Positions 38,908 through 50,891 are shown, counted from the first letter of the stretch. The stretch is 64,000 bases of DNA from an uncultured Chloroflexia bacterium (GCA_963751585.1 CAVVVB010000003.1:8667-72666); one strand, 5' to 3'. Notes: a model not told the origin generated them from the sequence alone. Numbers and translations are program-made.

Positions 38908-40758
38908 ATGTTTGATATAAACAAATTCAGGAATATCCAAACTGCAAATAATAGGTACGATAGGCGTATTAAGGCGCTTAAGTCCGAGGGCAAAGATGTG
39001 AAATGTATTGAGAAATCGGTTGCAGATGTGCTAAGTAATATAAGCGCCGGCATAACTTCATTTGTTATATACGGCGACCCCCAAAGTGGAAAAACAGAGA
39101 TGATGGTAGCCTTGACTGCAAAATTACTTGATTCAGGATACAAAATAGTTGTTATTCTGATAAAAGATGATGTCGAGCTGCTACAACAAAATCTTGGGCG
39201 CTTTGCTCGATCAGGTATTGATCCCACACCAAGAAGTTACGTTGAGATTATTGAACCTAGTGTGAACATTGAGAATAAGGAATGGATTATCTTCTGCAAA
39301 AAGAATCTCTACGATCTAGAGAAACTAGTATCTAAAATCGGCGGTGCGCCTGGTAAAGTTATTATTGATGACGAAGCGGATTATGCAACTCCAAACTCGA
39401 AAATAAATACGGATGAAAAGACGAAAATAAACGAACTTGTAGGGAAGTTGCTGGGCCAAAAATGGATTTATATAGGTGTCACTGCGACACCAGCAAGATT
39501 AGACCTAAACAATACATTTGAGAACGCTAACGACCATTGGGTCAATTTTCCAAACCATGAATTGTACACAGGACAGGAAGTTTTTTTCCCAATCAATCTC
39601 GGTTCCACCCTAAAATATATGCTTAATATATTACCCGACAAGTATGATGATCCTTCGTATCTAAGGCAGGCGCTATTCAGTTACCTAGTCAACGTAGCGT
39701 ACTTAAATGTGAAGGTTAATGATAAAGAGACGAACTATTGCATGTTAATCCACACTAGCGGCAAGAGGGTAGACCACACGGAAGATTACAAACAGGTTAT
39801 GAATGTGTTTAACGTTTTGGGTAATCCAGATAATGAGAAATATGGAAAATATATAAAAAAGATTTGGGAAATGGCAAAGAAACGTTACGGAACACAGGAT
39901 ATTGCGGATAGAATTACCCGTTATATAATCTCGAATATTTCGAGGAATAAGATCGTGGTGATGAACACCGATACAGACAGAAAAAATATCGATTTCTCCA
40001 CAGCTACCAGTCCAGTGAGCATTTTTACTATTGCAATTGGGGGGAACATAGTATCTAGGGGAGTAACCTTTAACAATTTATTAGCCATGTTTTTTACTAG
40101 AGATGTTAAGCACAAAATCCAGCAAGATACCTACATACAAAGAGCACGAATGTTTGGAGAGCGTGGAGCTTATCTGAAATATTTCGAGTTAACCATACCC
40201 CAAACATTGTATTTGGATTGGCAACGTTGCTTTGTGTTTCATAGACTGGCACTCGAGTCAATAAAAAGTGGAAATGTGCCGGTGTGGCTAGAAGATAAAC
40301 GGGTGAGCGCAGTTTCTGCATCGAGCATTGATAAAACAACGGTAGCTATGGATAGCGGCGAGATGAGCTTTGAGATTTTCAATTATGGAAATGACATTGA
40401 AAGAATTATCAAGGATCAGTCTAAGAAGTCCTTAGAGAAGCTAAAGATCCTTCAAGGAAGACTAACTAGCGCAAAGATTCCAACATACTTGGTTAGTTTT
40501 ATTGAGCGGTTTAGTCCGGATGGGAATAATTCTCTTGCCATTCATCCGTCTATAGATATATCAAATAGAGGCGCTGATGTGGATAAAAAGAACATTTCAA
40601 GGCCTAGAGGCCTCATAGGCAATAGCGAACTGGAAGAAGCAAAATATCCGCACGCGGTTCATCATATAAAGATATTTTACAACAACGAAAAGAAAGCCCG
40701 GATTTTTTATAGGTATGTCGGGAGCATTAGATTTCTAAAGAATCTAAAGGGATCGTGA
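38908..40758 (+). CDS. Z1-domain-like / SF2-related P-loop ATPase (restriction-system-associated)
   Basis: 616 aa. Walker A YGDPQSGKTE, Walker B/DEAD-like IIDDEADYA and a motif III-like VTATPARL. There is a long C-terminal region without obvious motifs. Confidence 0.55.
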   Translation: MFDINKFRNIQTANNRYDRRIKALKSEGKDVKCIEKSVADVLSNISAGITSFVIYGDPQSGKTEMMVALTAKLLDSGYKIVVILIKDDVELLQQNLGRFARSGIDPTPRSYVEIIEPSVNIENKEWIIFCKKNLYDLEKLVSKIGGAPGKVIIDDEADYATPNSKINTDEKTKINELVGKLLGQKWIYIGVTATPARLDLNNTFENANDHWVNFPNHELYTGQEVFFPINLGSTLKYMLNILPDKYDDPSYLRQALFSYLVNVAYLNVKVNDKETNYCMLIHTSGKRVDHTEDYKQVMNVFNVLGNPDNEKYGKYIKKIWEMAKKRYGTQDIADRITRYIISNISRNKIVVMNTDTDRKNIDFSTATSPVSIFTIAIGGNIVSRGVTFNNLLAMFFTRDVKHKIQQDTYIQRARMFGERGAYLKYFELTIPQTLYLDWQRCFVFHRLALESIKSGNVPVWLEDKRVSAVSASSIDKTTVAMDSGEMSFEIFNYGNDIERIIKDQSKKSLEKLKILQGRLTSAKIPTYLVSFIERFSPDGNNSLAIHPSIDISNRGADVDKKNISRPRGLIGNSELEEAKYPHAVHHIKIFYNNEKKARIFYRYVGSIRFLKNLKGS

Positions 40759-40761
40759 CCG

Positions 40762-41202
40762 ATGAGTACGGCGTCTTTCTTTCATGGTGCAGCGCTGATA
40801 AGAGTCATTCGCCACGAATTATTCAGTTCAATAAGAGTATATACAAATAATGATTGCTCCTATTTAGTAAATGATTCTTCAGGTATTTACATAAAGTATT
40901 CACAAAAAGCACTTACTCCATGGAGTTTTACCTTTTCTCAAGATCATGTTCATGAGATAGGCGAGATGAACCAGCGATTAGGACAAGTGTATGTCGTCTT
41001 AATATGCAACGAAGACGGTATTTGTTGTCTCAATTGGCAAGAATTTGCCACAGTGATTTCAACGGAAAGCAAGACGTATCCTAAATGGATTTCAGTCTCG
41101 AGAATGAAGGGCGAGAAATATTCTGTGTGGGGCAGAGACGGCGAGTTAAGGCATAAAGTAGGAAACATCGATTTCCCACGGAAAATATTTGAGACGGTGT
41201 AG
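40762..41202 (+). CDS. Hypothetical protein (island cargo)
   Basis: 146-aa ORF 3 bp after the ATPase gene, with the same low GC. No family recognised. Confidence 0.4.
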   Translation: MSTASFFHGAALIRVIRHELFSSIRVYTNNDCSYLVNDSSGIYIKYSQKALTPWSFTFSQDHVHEIGEMNQRLGQVYVVLICNEDGICCLNWQEFATVISTESKTYPKWISVSRMKGEKYSVWGRDGELRHKVGNIDFPRKIFETV

Positions 41203-41279
41203 AAGCCGTCACGACTTGCCGAAAATCGAGTAGTGCCTTTTGTTCTCCCCTAGTAACGGCACGTTGTTAGCAACAGCGG

Positions 41280-41308
41280 TTGACATCCCTAATTCGCGTA
41301 ACTACAAT
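41280..41308 (+). promoter_or_regulatory. Consensus promoter TTGACA-17-TACAAT at the right island boundary
   Basis: ttgacatccctaattcgcgtaactacaat reads as -35 and -10 with 17-nt spacing. Confidence 0.45.
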
Positions 41309-41753
41309 ATCCCTCATACGTAGGCTCAAGGAAAGGGGGAGATTCGTAGCTGTTTTCGGGTCCGATGATTGGTTACAAGCTTTTCACCAGGTCATAAATA
41401 ACAGTAAGGCCTATGAGGATGCGGCTAAGACGTGGGAGGGCGATTTCTATTTCATTAGCGAGCCTGAGGGTTCACAAACCAAGCCCATCTATATGTACGT
41501 AGACCTGTGGCACGGCAAGAGCCGGAAGGTGTTCATTGCCAAAGATGAATCCGAAATGAAACCCGAGTTCGTTATCTCGGCTACACCTACCGTCTGGAAA
41601 AAGGTCATCGAGAAGAAACTCGATCCTATACAGGGATTGATAACGCGGCAACTTAAGCTCAAGGGCAACCTGGCCAAGATCATGCGCGCGGTTAAGGCGG
41701 CTCAGGAGCTGGTGAACTGCACCACTATGGTGCAGACGGAGTTTCCCGCATAG
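41280..41753 (+). CDS. SCP2 (sterol-carrier-like) domain protein. The true start is uncertain and probably lies downstream of the track start.
   Basis: The C-terminal LKLKGNLAKIMRAVKAAQEL is a typical SCP2 signature. The track start (TTG 41280) coincides with the promoter -35 hexamer, so the real start is likely later. Confidence 0.55.
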   Translation: MTSLIRVTTISLIRRLKERGRFVAVFGSDDWLQAFHQVINNSKAYEDAAKTWEGDFYFISEPEGSQTKPIYMYVDLWHGKSRKVFIAKDESEMKPEFVISATPTVWKKVIEKKLDPIQGLITRQLKLKGNLAKIMRAVKAAQELVNCTTMVQTEFPA

Positions 41754-41767
41754 AGAGGAGGCAGAAG

Positions 41768-42034
41768 ATGGCACGATTCATTCTTATTCATAAGGGGCAA
41801 CCGGAGGCTTCGCAGGACGCCGTGGTGAACGCCGCGAAGGCAGTAAGGTCTTCAGTTCCCAAAGGTGCTAAGTGGCTGAATAGCTGGTATGTTCCCAGAG
41901 AAAACCGGTTGATCTGCGAGTGGGAGGCTCCGGATGAGGCGACCATACGTAAGGCCCTCAAGGAAGCCACGGACCTGTGGCCCATAGAGATTGTGCACAC
42001 GGTAGTCCACGTTGAGCCGGACTGGTATAAGTAG
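41768..42034 (+). CDS. DUF4242-like small protein
   Basis: 88 aa. The pattern MARFILIHKG...NSWYVPRENRLICEWEAPDEATIRKALKE is reminiscent of the DUF4242 family. Confidence 0.5.
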   Translation: MARFILIHKGQPEASQDAVVNAAKAVRSSVPKGAKWLNSWYVPRENRLICEWEAPDEATIRKALKEATDLWPIEIVHTVVHVEPDWYK

Positions 42035-42124
42035 CCAGGCTGAGAACCTCAAGCATTACAGCGACCTGTGTCCCCGTGAACTCTCGGGTTTCTGCATATC
42101 TAGCCTGTCTGGGAGGATGTGACT

Positions 42125-43291
42125 ATGTGGTATTTTGCTAATCCGTTGATCGTATATGGCGACGACGCGCTGGAGCACCTTAACGGAATCGAGGGCAAGC
42201 GCGCCCTTATTATCACCGACCGCAATGTGGTGAAGTTAGGTTTTGTAGAACGCGTGGGCAAGGAGCTGAAAAAAGCCGGCCTCGGCTATCGCGTTTTCGA
42301 TGAGGTGGAGCCCGACCCGTCGGTGCAGACCATCAAGCGCGGTGCCCAGGTGGCGCTGGAATATCAGCCGGACTGGTTGATCGGCATCGGTGGCGGCTCG
42401 GCCATGGATGCCGCCAAGGCTATACGGGTACTGTACGCCCGGCCGGACGTGGAACCGAATGCCATCAACCCCACTGAAATTCTTCATTTGCGGGAGAAGG
42501 CGCAGCTGGTGGCTATTCCTACTACCAGCGGCACCGGCGCCGAAGTGACCTGGATGATCGTAATCACCGACACGGAAAACCAGCGGAAGACGGGAGTGGC
42601 CTCGCGGGAGACCATGCCTGACGTAGCCATTCTGGATACGTCACTGGTGATGGGCTTACCGCCGCAGATCACCGCCGATACGGGCATGGATGCCCTGACG
42701 CATGCCATCGAGGGCTACGCGTCTAACTGGCGGAGCGATTTCACCGATGCCCCGGCGCTGGTGGCGGCTAAGCGCATCTTCGAGTATTTACCGCGCGCTT
42801 ATAATAACGGCTCCGATATGGAGGCGCGCCGGCACATGATGTATGCGGCCACACTGGCCAGTATGTCATTCGGCAATGCTATGGCCGGCCTGGCCCACAG
42901 CCTGGGCCATTCCCTGGGTGGCCTTTTCCATACTCCGCACGGCCGCGCCGTGGGCCTGTTTTTGCCTTATACCATGGAATTTCTTTTAGAAACGACGGGC
43001 GAGCTGTATGCGGAGATTGAGAGGTTCGTCGGCCCCGATCCCGATTTGCATCGGGACCTATCGGCGCGTGCATTGGTGACCAGAGTCCGTGATCTAGCCA
43101 AGAGCATTAACCAGCCGCTGTCATTGCGCCAGGCGGGTATAGAGAAAGCAGCCTTTGATGAGGCACTGCCGGGCCTGGTGGAACGGGCTGAGAGCGAGGC
43201 GACTACCATCACCGTGTCTCGCATACCGGACAGTGCTGAAGTGGAGCGGATTTTCCGCTATGCTTATGAGGGTAAGCCAATAGATTTCTAG
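42125..43291 (+). CDS. Iron-containing (class III) alcohol dehydrogenase
   Basis: The GGGS motif (LIGIGGGSAMDAAKAI) and metal-binding His cluster (DALTHAIEGY...HSLGH) are present. Confidence 0.9.
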   Translation: MWYFANPLIVYGDDALEHLNGIEGKRALIITDRNVVKLGFVERVGKELKKAGLGYRVFDEVEPDPSVQTIKRGAQVALEYQPDWLIGIGGGSAMDAAKAIRVLYARPDVEPNAINPTEILHLREKAQLVAIPTTSGTGAEVTWMIVITDTENQRKTGVASRETMPDVAILDTSLVMGLPPQITADTGMDALTHAIEGYASNWRSDFTDAPALVAAKRIFEYLPRAYNNGSDMEARRHMMYAATLASMSFGNAMAGLAHSLGHSLGGLFHTPHGRAVGLFLPYTMEFLLETTGELYAEIERFVGPDPDLHRDLSARALVTRVRDLAKSINQPLSLRQAGIEKAAFDEALPGLVERAESEATTITVSRIPDSAEVERIFRYAYEGKPIDF

Positions 43292-43305
43292 GGAATTTAA
43301 TTAGC

Positions 43306-45152
43306 ATGGATGGTTATACGGGCAAAGTGCTGGTTGTCGACCTGTCCGCTAAGGACATACACGACGAGCCGCTCAACGAGGGGCATGTCCGGCAGTTCAT
43401 AGGCGGCGCCGGGCTGGCCTGCCGCTATCTCTACGACCTGGTGGATGCCGCCACCGACCCTCTGGGGCCGGGTAACCCGCTGGTGTTCATGTGCGGTCTG
43501 CTGAACGGCACCACTGCGCCGAGCTCCGCTCGCTGGGTGGTGGCAGCGCGTTCGCCACTGACGGGTATATACGGGGAAGCGAACTGCGGCGGTTTCTTCG
43601 GCTCGGAGCTGCGCTTCGCCGGCTACGATGGCCTAATAGTGAAGGGCAGCTCGGCATCTCCTGTCTATCTTTATATCACAGACGTAAAAGCGGAACTCCG
43701 CGACGCCGCGCATCTGTGGGGACAGGATACGTATGCGACTGTGGCCGCATTGAAGAGTGAATGCGGCGACCCGTTGACGCGTGTGGAGTGCATAGGCCAG
43801 GCCGGCGAGAAGCTGGCACCTTGTGCCGCTATTATGACTGAGCGGGGACGCGCCGCCGGGCGACCGGCATGGGCGCGGTAATGGGATCGAAGAAGCTCAA
43901 GGCAATCGCCGTCCGCGGCAAGTCCAGATGGCCCATGGCTGAAGCTCAGCGCTTTAAGACGGTGACCCGGCAGTCGGCAGAAGGTTTGAAGGATGCTCTG
44001 GTCAGCCAGGTCTACCGTGATTTCGGCACCTCGAGCTGGGTGGACGCGGGCATCGCCTTTGGCAGCATGCCCAATAAGTATTTCACTCTGGGCGCCTTTC
44101 CCGAGTCCACGGCCCTGAGTGGGATGACCATGGCGGAGACGATTTTGACCGGCAAGAGCACTTGCTTCGGCTGTCCTATTCGCTGCGGGCGGGTGGTCCA
44201 TGTGAAAGAGGGCAAGTACGCTCTGCCCGATGGCGGCGGGCCGGAATATGAGACCGTGGCCGCCTGGGGCAGTATGTTGTTGATCAATGACCTGGCCGCC
44301 ATCAACTACATTAACCACCTGGTCAATGCCTACGGGCTGGACTCTATCAGCGCTGGAGTGTCCGTTGCCTTTGCTGTTTGTCTCTATGACCTGGGAGTCA
44401 TTACTAAAAAAGATACCGATGGACTGGAGTTGAGGTGGGGTAACGTCGATGCTGTCATTGAGCTGGTGCACCAGATGGGACAGAGGAAAGGCTTCGGCGC
44501 AAAAGTGTCTGAAGGTGTGCGGCGGATGGGTGAGCGGTATGGACGGGCCGGTGACGCAGCGCATGTGAAGGGGCTGGAAATTCCTATGCACGACCCGCGT
44601 GCCTTTGCCTCTATGGCGCTGGTATACGCTACGGGGCCACGTGGCGCCTGTCATAACAAAGGCGATTGTTGGGAGGTGGAGTTCGGTATGGGCAATCCCG
44701 ACCTGGGGCTGGTGCCCAGTGACCGTTTCAGTGACGAGGGCAAGGCGGTCTGGGTCATCAAGACGCAGAACTGGAGAGCCTTCACCGATTCCATAGGGCT
44801 ATGTCACTTCGCTGTGATGCCAGTACAGGAAACGATCGATATGATAAAGGCGTCAACGGGACGCACCTTCGATGTGGATGGCATCCTGAATACGGGTGAG
44901 CGAGTCTACCAGCTGCAACGGTCATTGGCCTGCCGCCTGGGCACCACCGCCAAAGATGACAGGCTGCCTGATATGTTGATGCGGCCGCTGGCCGAGGGAG
45001 AGACCCAGGGGCACGTGCCCAATTTAGAAAAAATGCTCCCGGAGTACTACGCGCTGCGCGGCTGGGACCCGGCCACGGGGAAGCCGTCCCGCGAGCGACT
45101 GGAGAGCCTGGGCCTGGCAGGCGTGGCTAACGACCTGTGGGGCAAAGCTTGA
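43306..45152 (+). CDS. Aldehyde:ferredoxin oxidoreductase (tungsten AOR family), split by a 1-bp deletion near 43858
   Basis: AOR N-domain (MDGYTGKVLVVDLS...) in ORF 43306..43881 and AOR domains 2-3 in ORF 43869..45152 (GAVMGSKKLKAIAVRG...). Restoring one base in cgaccggc gives the canonical RGRAAGRTGMGAVMGSK junction. Confidence 0.9.
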
Positions 45153-45194
45153 AGCTGCGAAGGACAATCAAAGATTAAATATCAAAAATCAAAA

Positions 45195-45595
45195 GTGCAA
45201 TCTAAATACCGTGTCATTGCGAGGCCCGATTTTATCGGGACGTGGCAATCTCGACGTGTATTCCCCAGTAGAGATCCCTTCGTCGCCCGACTTGTCGGGG
45301 CTCCTCGGGATGACAGAAATTGATGGCTGCAATAACCCTCACCGCGGAACCGGCCGCGGCTTACGAACCGGACGCTTAAGCTGCGAAGACGTAGCCATGT
45401 CTCACCTTAGAAAAGGCCCACCCTGATCTCCCCCTTAGAAAAAAGGCCCCGATGCAATCGGGGAGACTCGCAATTACATTGTAGGGGCCGACCTTTAGGT
45501 CGGCCCGTATTACTCAAGCACCAGCGGACGGACATAAAGGTCCATCCCTACATTACCGGGGAACCGGTCGCGGCTTACGAACCGGACGCTTAAGC
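45195..45595. repeat. Third cluster of palindromic/MITE-like repeat units, in the AOR-downstream intergenic region
   Basis: One unit with GTCATTGCGAG...CCTCGGGATGACA termini whose interior is the reverse complement of part of the 33905 unit. A TGTAGGGGCCGACCTTTAGGTCGGCCC...GGTCCATCCCTACA unit and a TCCCCCTTAGAAAAAAGG hairpin also sit here. Confidence 0.8.
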
Positions 45596-45596
45596 T

Positions 45597-48275
45597 TTAT
45601 TGGTCCCCGGCCAGGACTCGATCCAAACATAAACCGTAGCCCTTGTTATAAGGCCTCTGGAACGCCTCGGGGTGCTGCTTCATCAGCTCGTCAAGATTGG
45701 CCTTCTCCACTTCGACCAGGAAGCCGCTGACCACCATCCCGGTGGCGTTTGGCGAAGTCACCTTGTGCGGCGTTATAGTGTTGATAGCGCCGCCTCTATC
45801 GAGTTCTCCGGGGACTATCGGGTCATATCTGGCGCCGTGATCCATGGAGACGGCACCCGGCATCATTCTCTCAGTCACATAGGCGCCGCCCAGGACGGCA
45901 CCCCTCTCGTTGTATATCTTGACCACGTCGCCATTCTTTATGCCCCTGGCGGCGGCATCCGCTGGATTAATCCAGAGCGGCTCGTAAATGTAGCCATCCG
46001 GCCCTCTGACTTTGCAGGTCGGGACTTCTTTGAACCAGGAGATATCATCGAGATTGGCATGTACTCTCCACCTCGGCGTGGTTGGAGACTGATCAGCAGG
46101 GGATATTTCTTAGCCCTTTCGACTGGAGAGCCTTTCATCGTGGATCTCTCCCTTAGATCCAGTGCGGGTACGGGCGGCCTTTCATTATCATCCGGGAAGT
46201 ACTTGGCCAGCTTCTGGGAGTAGAACTCTATCTTGCCGGATGGGGTCTTCACCGGATATTTCTCGGGGTTCTCGTAGAACTCCAGCATATATGACCTGGG
46301 GTTGACTTTCGATTCCATTAACCCGGGATCTGTCGGGATGACGAAATATCCCTGTTTTTTCAATTCTTCCCAGCTGATGAATCGGTGCCGCACCGGAATT
46401 ATCGAAGCCAAACTTAATCCAGTCCTCAACGCTTCTGCCTTCCGTGTATTCTTTCAGCAAGCCCAGTTTCTCGGCAATCAGGCAGACTATCTCGTAGTCG
46501 CTCCTGGATTCGCCGATAGGTTCGATGCATTTTCCCTCGTGGTAAATAAGGTCGCACCTCTCGCTCATGATATCCATATCTATGTCCTGCTCCTCGAATT
46601 TGGTGTTGACCGGCAGGATGATATCGGCAAACAGGCAATCGTTTTCCAGCCAGGGGTGCTGGGCTAGGATGAACTCTATCTTCGGGCTTCTCAGCGCCTT
46701 GATATAGCTGTTGCTGTCATTCCAGCAGGTTATCCAGCAGGGCGAATCGGTCCATATCATGTGTACTTCCGGAGCAGCCCTTCGCCGGATAGGTGTATTT
46801 CACGAACTGGTCTTCAACGGGTTCACGCCAGAGACGTGGTGCCATACCAGCTGATGGGCGGGTTGAGAATGGCATCGTGGATGAGGTCTTGGGGATAAAT
46901 TGCTTGGTCTTATCTGCCGTTAGCGTATTATCTGTCAGCCTCGCCACCGGAATGGGACCACCCAGCCGGTCGTATTCCTGAACTTGTCGATCGATATCCC
47001 GTGGAACGCCACGGCCTGATAGGCACTTGCCTGTCCTCGTGGAAGCATACATGCGCATGGGCATAGAACGCGCTCTTAGGCCATGTCCAGAATACCCATT
47101 CACATCTGTGCCTGGTGAACTCCCGGTTTTCCCAGTCCCTGCATCGCCAGCAGCAGCACCTCCAGCCTGGCAGGTTCGGTCGAGTATGGCCCCCTGATGC
47201 CGGGCCCGCCATTGCCGTGCGACTATCGACGTCCTCTTGGTGGCCCACTCCCTGGCCAGCGCTTTGATTGTCCTCGACCGGGACACCGCATTTCTCCGCG
47301 GCCCATTCCGGCGTCTTGGCGATCCCGTCTTCTTTCCCCAGGACATATTCCTCGAACTTGTCGAAGCCGAAGGTGTGAGTGGCCACATATTCCTTATCGT
47401 AGGTGCCTTCGGTAATCCAGACATAGGCTATGGCCAGCTGCAGGGCGGCATCGGTGTTGGGCATTATCGGAATCCACTTATCGGCATGGACGGCCGCCCC
47501 GTAGTTCAGGTCAGGGCAGATATATATAGATTTTATGCCCAGTTCGGTGAACCAGTAGCACAGCCGGCTGGCCATCTGCCCCTCGAATCCCCAGGGTGTG
47601 GTTTCCGGGTCGCATCCCCAGAACAGAGAAGCTCGGTGTTCTCGGACGATATCAGGCATCACATTGAGTTGCGGCTCCATCGCCCTACGGGTTCCATCCC
47701 CCAGACATGTTTGGCTCCCCAGTACCATCCTTCCCAGCTGTCCGGATTTCTGGTCTGCAGCGTGTAACCTCCCAGTAAGCTGAGAAGCATGGCGTTTACA
47801 CCCGTGGGCCGTATGCACCACTTTTGTCTCCCCGTGTCCATCCGCCTGGCAAAGTATGGCATGTGGCCCGTATTTTTTCTTTACCTCTTTATCTCGCTGG
47901 CTATTATTTCCAGAGCCTCATCCCAGGAGATTCTGACGTATTTGCTCTTCGCCTCTGTTCTGTGGATTTCTGTCGCCACTGGGGTCCCAATCGACTCTCT
48001 TTAACGGGTAGAGAATCCTGTTGGGGGAATAAAACGCGCTTTTTGTAACCCAGGCTGAACGGAGGCAGTAACGTCTTCATTGCGTGCCTGGTAGACCTTG
48101 CCGCGCGCCTCTATGTCCAGGGGCCGAGCTCCTCGGGCTTGTACTTCCAATCATAGTGGAATGGCCTGATCCTGATTATTTTGCCGTCCTTAACATCGAC
48201 AGCCACGACGTTGCTGGCCAGGCCACCTTCCCCCACCATCCCCAGGCCCTTTATAAACGTTTTCTCTTCTTTCAT
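45597..48275 (-). pseudogene. Pyrogallol-hydroxytransferase-like molybdopterin oxidoreductase large subunit, copy A, disrupted by at least 6 frameshifts or stops
   Basis: Seven collinear ORF fragments (48111-48275 N-terminus MKEEKTFIKGLGMVGEGG...KIIRIRPFHYDWKY; 47659-47862; 46928-47821; 46717-47424; 46188-46760; 45938-46429; 45597-45926 C-terminal Molydop-binding domain) align in order to copy B. No N-terminal Fe-S Cys motif or twin-arginine signal. Confidence 0.75.
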
Positions 48276-48336
48276 GTTTACTCCCTGTCTTACGCGTTTT
48301 CTTTCTTGGATAACTCTATGTCTTCTAGGCTGTCTC

Positions 48337-50891
48337 TTAAGTGATTTTGTCTCCGGCAATCCAGGAATCGAGTATGGGGCCGGCGTTGGCGTCGTACGGC
48401 CTGTCAAATGCCTCGGGGTAAGCCTTCTTCAATTCTCCTAAGTCTACCGGCTCGACCTCAACCAGAAAGCCGCTGGTAACCTCTCCGGCGGCATTCCTGG
48501 AGACTACGTTGTGCGGACATATGGTGTTATTGGATCCACCCCGATCGAGCTTTCCCGGAACTATGGGGTCGTATCGTGCGCCGTGGTCCTGGTAGACTAC
48601 CCCGGGCATTATCCTCTCCGTCACGTAGGCGCCACCGAGTACGCCACCCCTTTCGTTAAATACGTTAACGATATCACCAGGCTTTATGCCTCTGGCGGCG
48701 GCGTCAGTTGGATTAATCCAGACGGGTTCATACATGTAACCATCCGGGCCTTTGATTTTGCAGGTGGGGATTTCCCTTAGCCAGCTGACATCATCGAGTT
48801 GAGCGTGCAGCCTCCATCGCGGATGGTTCGACACAATAAGCAGGGGATATTTTTCGGCTCTGGGATGCAGCAGGCTTTCCTGATGTGTCTCGCCGTATGG
48901 TATCCAGTGCGGCACCGGTGGCCGCTCGTCATCATCGGGGAAATGTTTGGCTAAATTCTGGGAGTAAAACTCTATTTTGCCGGATGGTGTGGTGAGGGGA
49001 TTTGCCTCCGGATCCTTATAGAAGCCCAGCATACCGGCCGGACGTTTCTTCCAGTTCGGGTCGGTGGGGACAACGTAATATCCCTTTTCGTTGAACTCGG
49101 CGAAACTGATATCTTTTTGAGCACCCGAGTTTTCAAAACCGTGTCTTATCCATTCCTCGACGGTCTTGCCTTCTGTATACTCCTTAAGTAAACCAAACTT
49201 CTCGGCTATGAGGCAGACAATTTCGTAGTCGCTCTTCGATTCTCCCAGCGGTTCGATGCACTTTTTCTCCGGGTAGATGGAATAACGTTCCTCGGCCAGC
49301 ATATCCGACCCGATGTCTTCCTCCTCCAGTTTAGTATTGACGGGCAGGATTACGTCGGCAAATAGACAATCGTTTTCCAGCCACGGATGCTGGGCCAATA
49401 CGAATTCAATCTTCGGGCTCCTGATGGCCTCTATTATACTGGTTGCCGCCATTCCAGCAGGCTATCCAGCAAGGCGTGTCCGTCCATATCATGTGTATTT
49501 CCGGGCAGCCTTCGGCCGGGTAAGTATATTTGACGAATTGGTTTTCCACCGGCTCCCAGGCTATCGTGGTGCCGTACCAGCTGATGGGCGGATTGAGAAT
49601 AGCCTCCGGGACCAGGGTCTTGGGGATGATCTGTCTGGGTACGTTTGTCCGGACATCTGATCCACGGTACGCTGCTCTCAGATGTGGCCTGAACTTGGCG
49701 CCGGTGAGCTCGAAGCTGGACATGTGAAGCTGGTGAGCTCCCGGTTTCCCCAGTCCCTGCATCGCCAGAAGCAGGACCTCTAGTCTGGCGGGCTCGGTTG
49801 AGTAGGCTGACCTGATATAGCTGCCTCCGGCAAGGTGGGCTATAGATGTTGTCTTAGCTGCCCACTCTCGTGCCAGGGCTTTGATTATCCTTGACGGCAC
49901 GCCGCACAGCGGCTCGGCCCACTTCGGTGTCTTGATAATGCCATCCTCCTGCCCCATCACATATTTCTCGAATTTGTCGAAACCGAAGGTATGCGTGGCC
50001 ACATAGTCCTTATCGTAAGTTCCTTCGCTCATCCAGACGTAGGCTATGGCCAGTTGCATGGCCGCATCTGTGTTTGGTCTTATGGGGATCCATTTATCAG
50101 CGTGGATGGCGGCGCCGTAGTTTAAGTCGGGACAGATATAGATGCTCTTTATTCCCAGTTCGGTGAACCAGTAGCAAACGCGGCTCGGGCATTTGCTGGC
50201 TGAAGCCGAACGGCGTAGTTTCCGGGTCACACCCCCAGAACAGGATCGTGTCGGTATTATCGGCAACGTCGTTGACGCAATTTGTCTGGGGCCACATCAT
50301 GCCTACCCAGGGTTCCATCCCCCAGGCATGTTTGGCGCCCCAGTACCACCCTTCCCAGCTATCGGGATTTCTGGCCTGCAGCGTGTAGCCTCCGAGGAGC
50401 TCGAGAAGCCGGTGCATGCACCCGTGGGTGCCGTGGACTACTTTTGTCTCGCCATGCCCGTCTGCCTGGCTGAATACGGCATACGGCCCGTATTTCCGGT
50501 GGACTCGCTTAATCTCATTAACGACTATGTCCAGCGCTTCATCCCACGAGATGCGGACAAATTTGCTCTTACCTCGATTTTGCGGGTTTCTTTCGCCCTT
50601 GGGGTTCCAGTCAACCCTCTTCAGGGGATAAAGGATCCTGTTGGGAGAGTATACGCGCTTCTTGTAGACCAGACTGAAAGGCGGCGGCAACGACTTCATG
50701 GACTGCTTGAACACTTTGCCGCGCGCTTCTATAGTCCAGGGCTGCAATTCCTTTACGCTGTACTTCGAGTCATAGTGTAACGGCCGGATCCTGATTATCT
50801 TGCCGTTACTGACATCGACAACACCGGGGCTACCCCCGTTGCCTACAGCGCACAGGCCGAAGCCTTTAACGATAGATTTATCGTCTTTCAT
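48337..50891 (-). pseudogene. Pyrogallol-hydroxytransferase-like molybdopterin oxidoreductase large subunit, copy B, about 850 aa with 2 frameshifts
   Basis: Three collinear ORFs: 50097-50891 (MKDDKSIVKGFGL...ISWDEALDIVVNEIKRV), 49406-50266 and 48337-49452 (C-terminal ...GDIVNVFNERGGVLGGAYVTERIMPGVVYQDHGARYDP...). This is the most intact of the three copies. Confidence 0.75.

Noticed and set aside
42119-45152. Aldehyde dehydrogenase-type interpretation of the ADH-AOR pair as a single fused alcohol-to-acid oxidation enzyme
   Set aside because: They are two separate genes (14-bp gap) with distinct, complete domain sets. The apparent split of AOR into two ORFs is a 1-bp indel, not a domain boundary.
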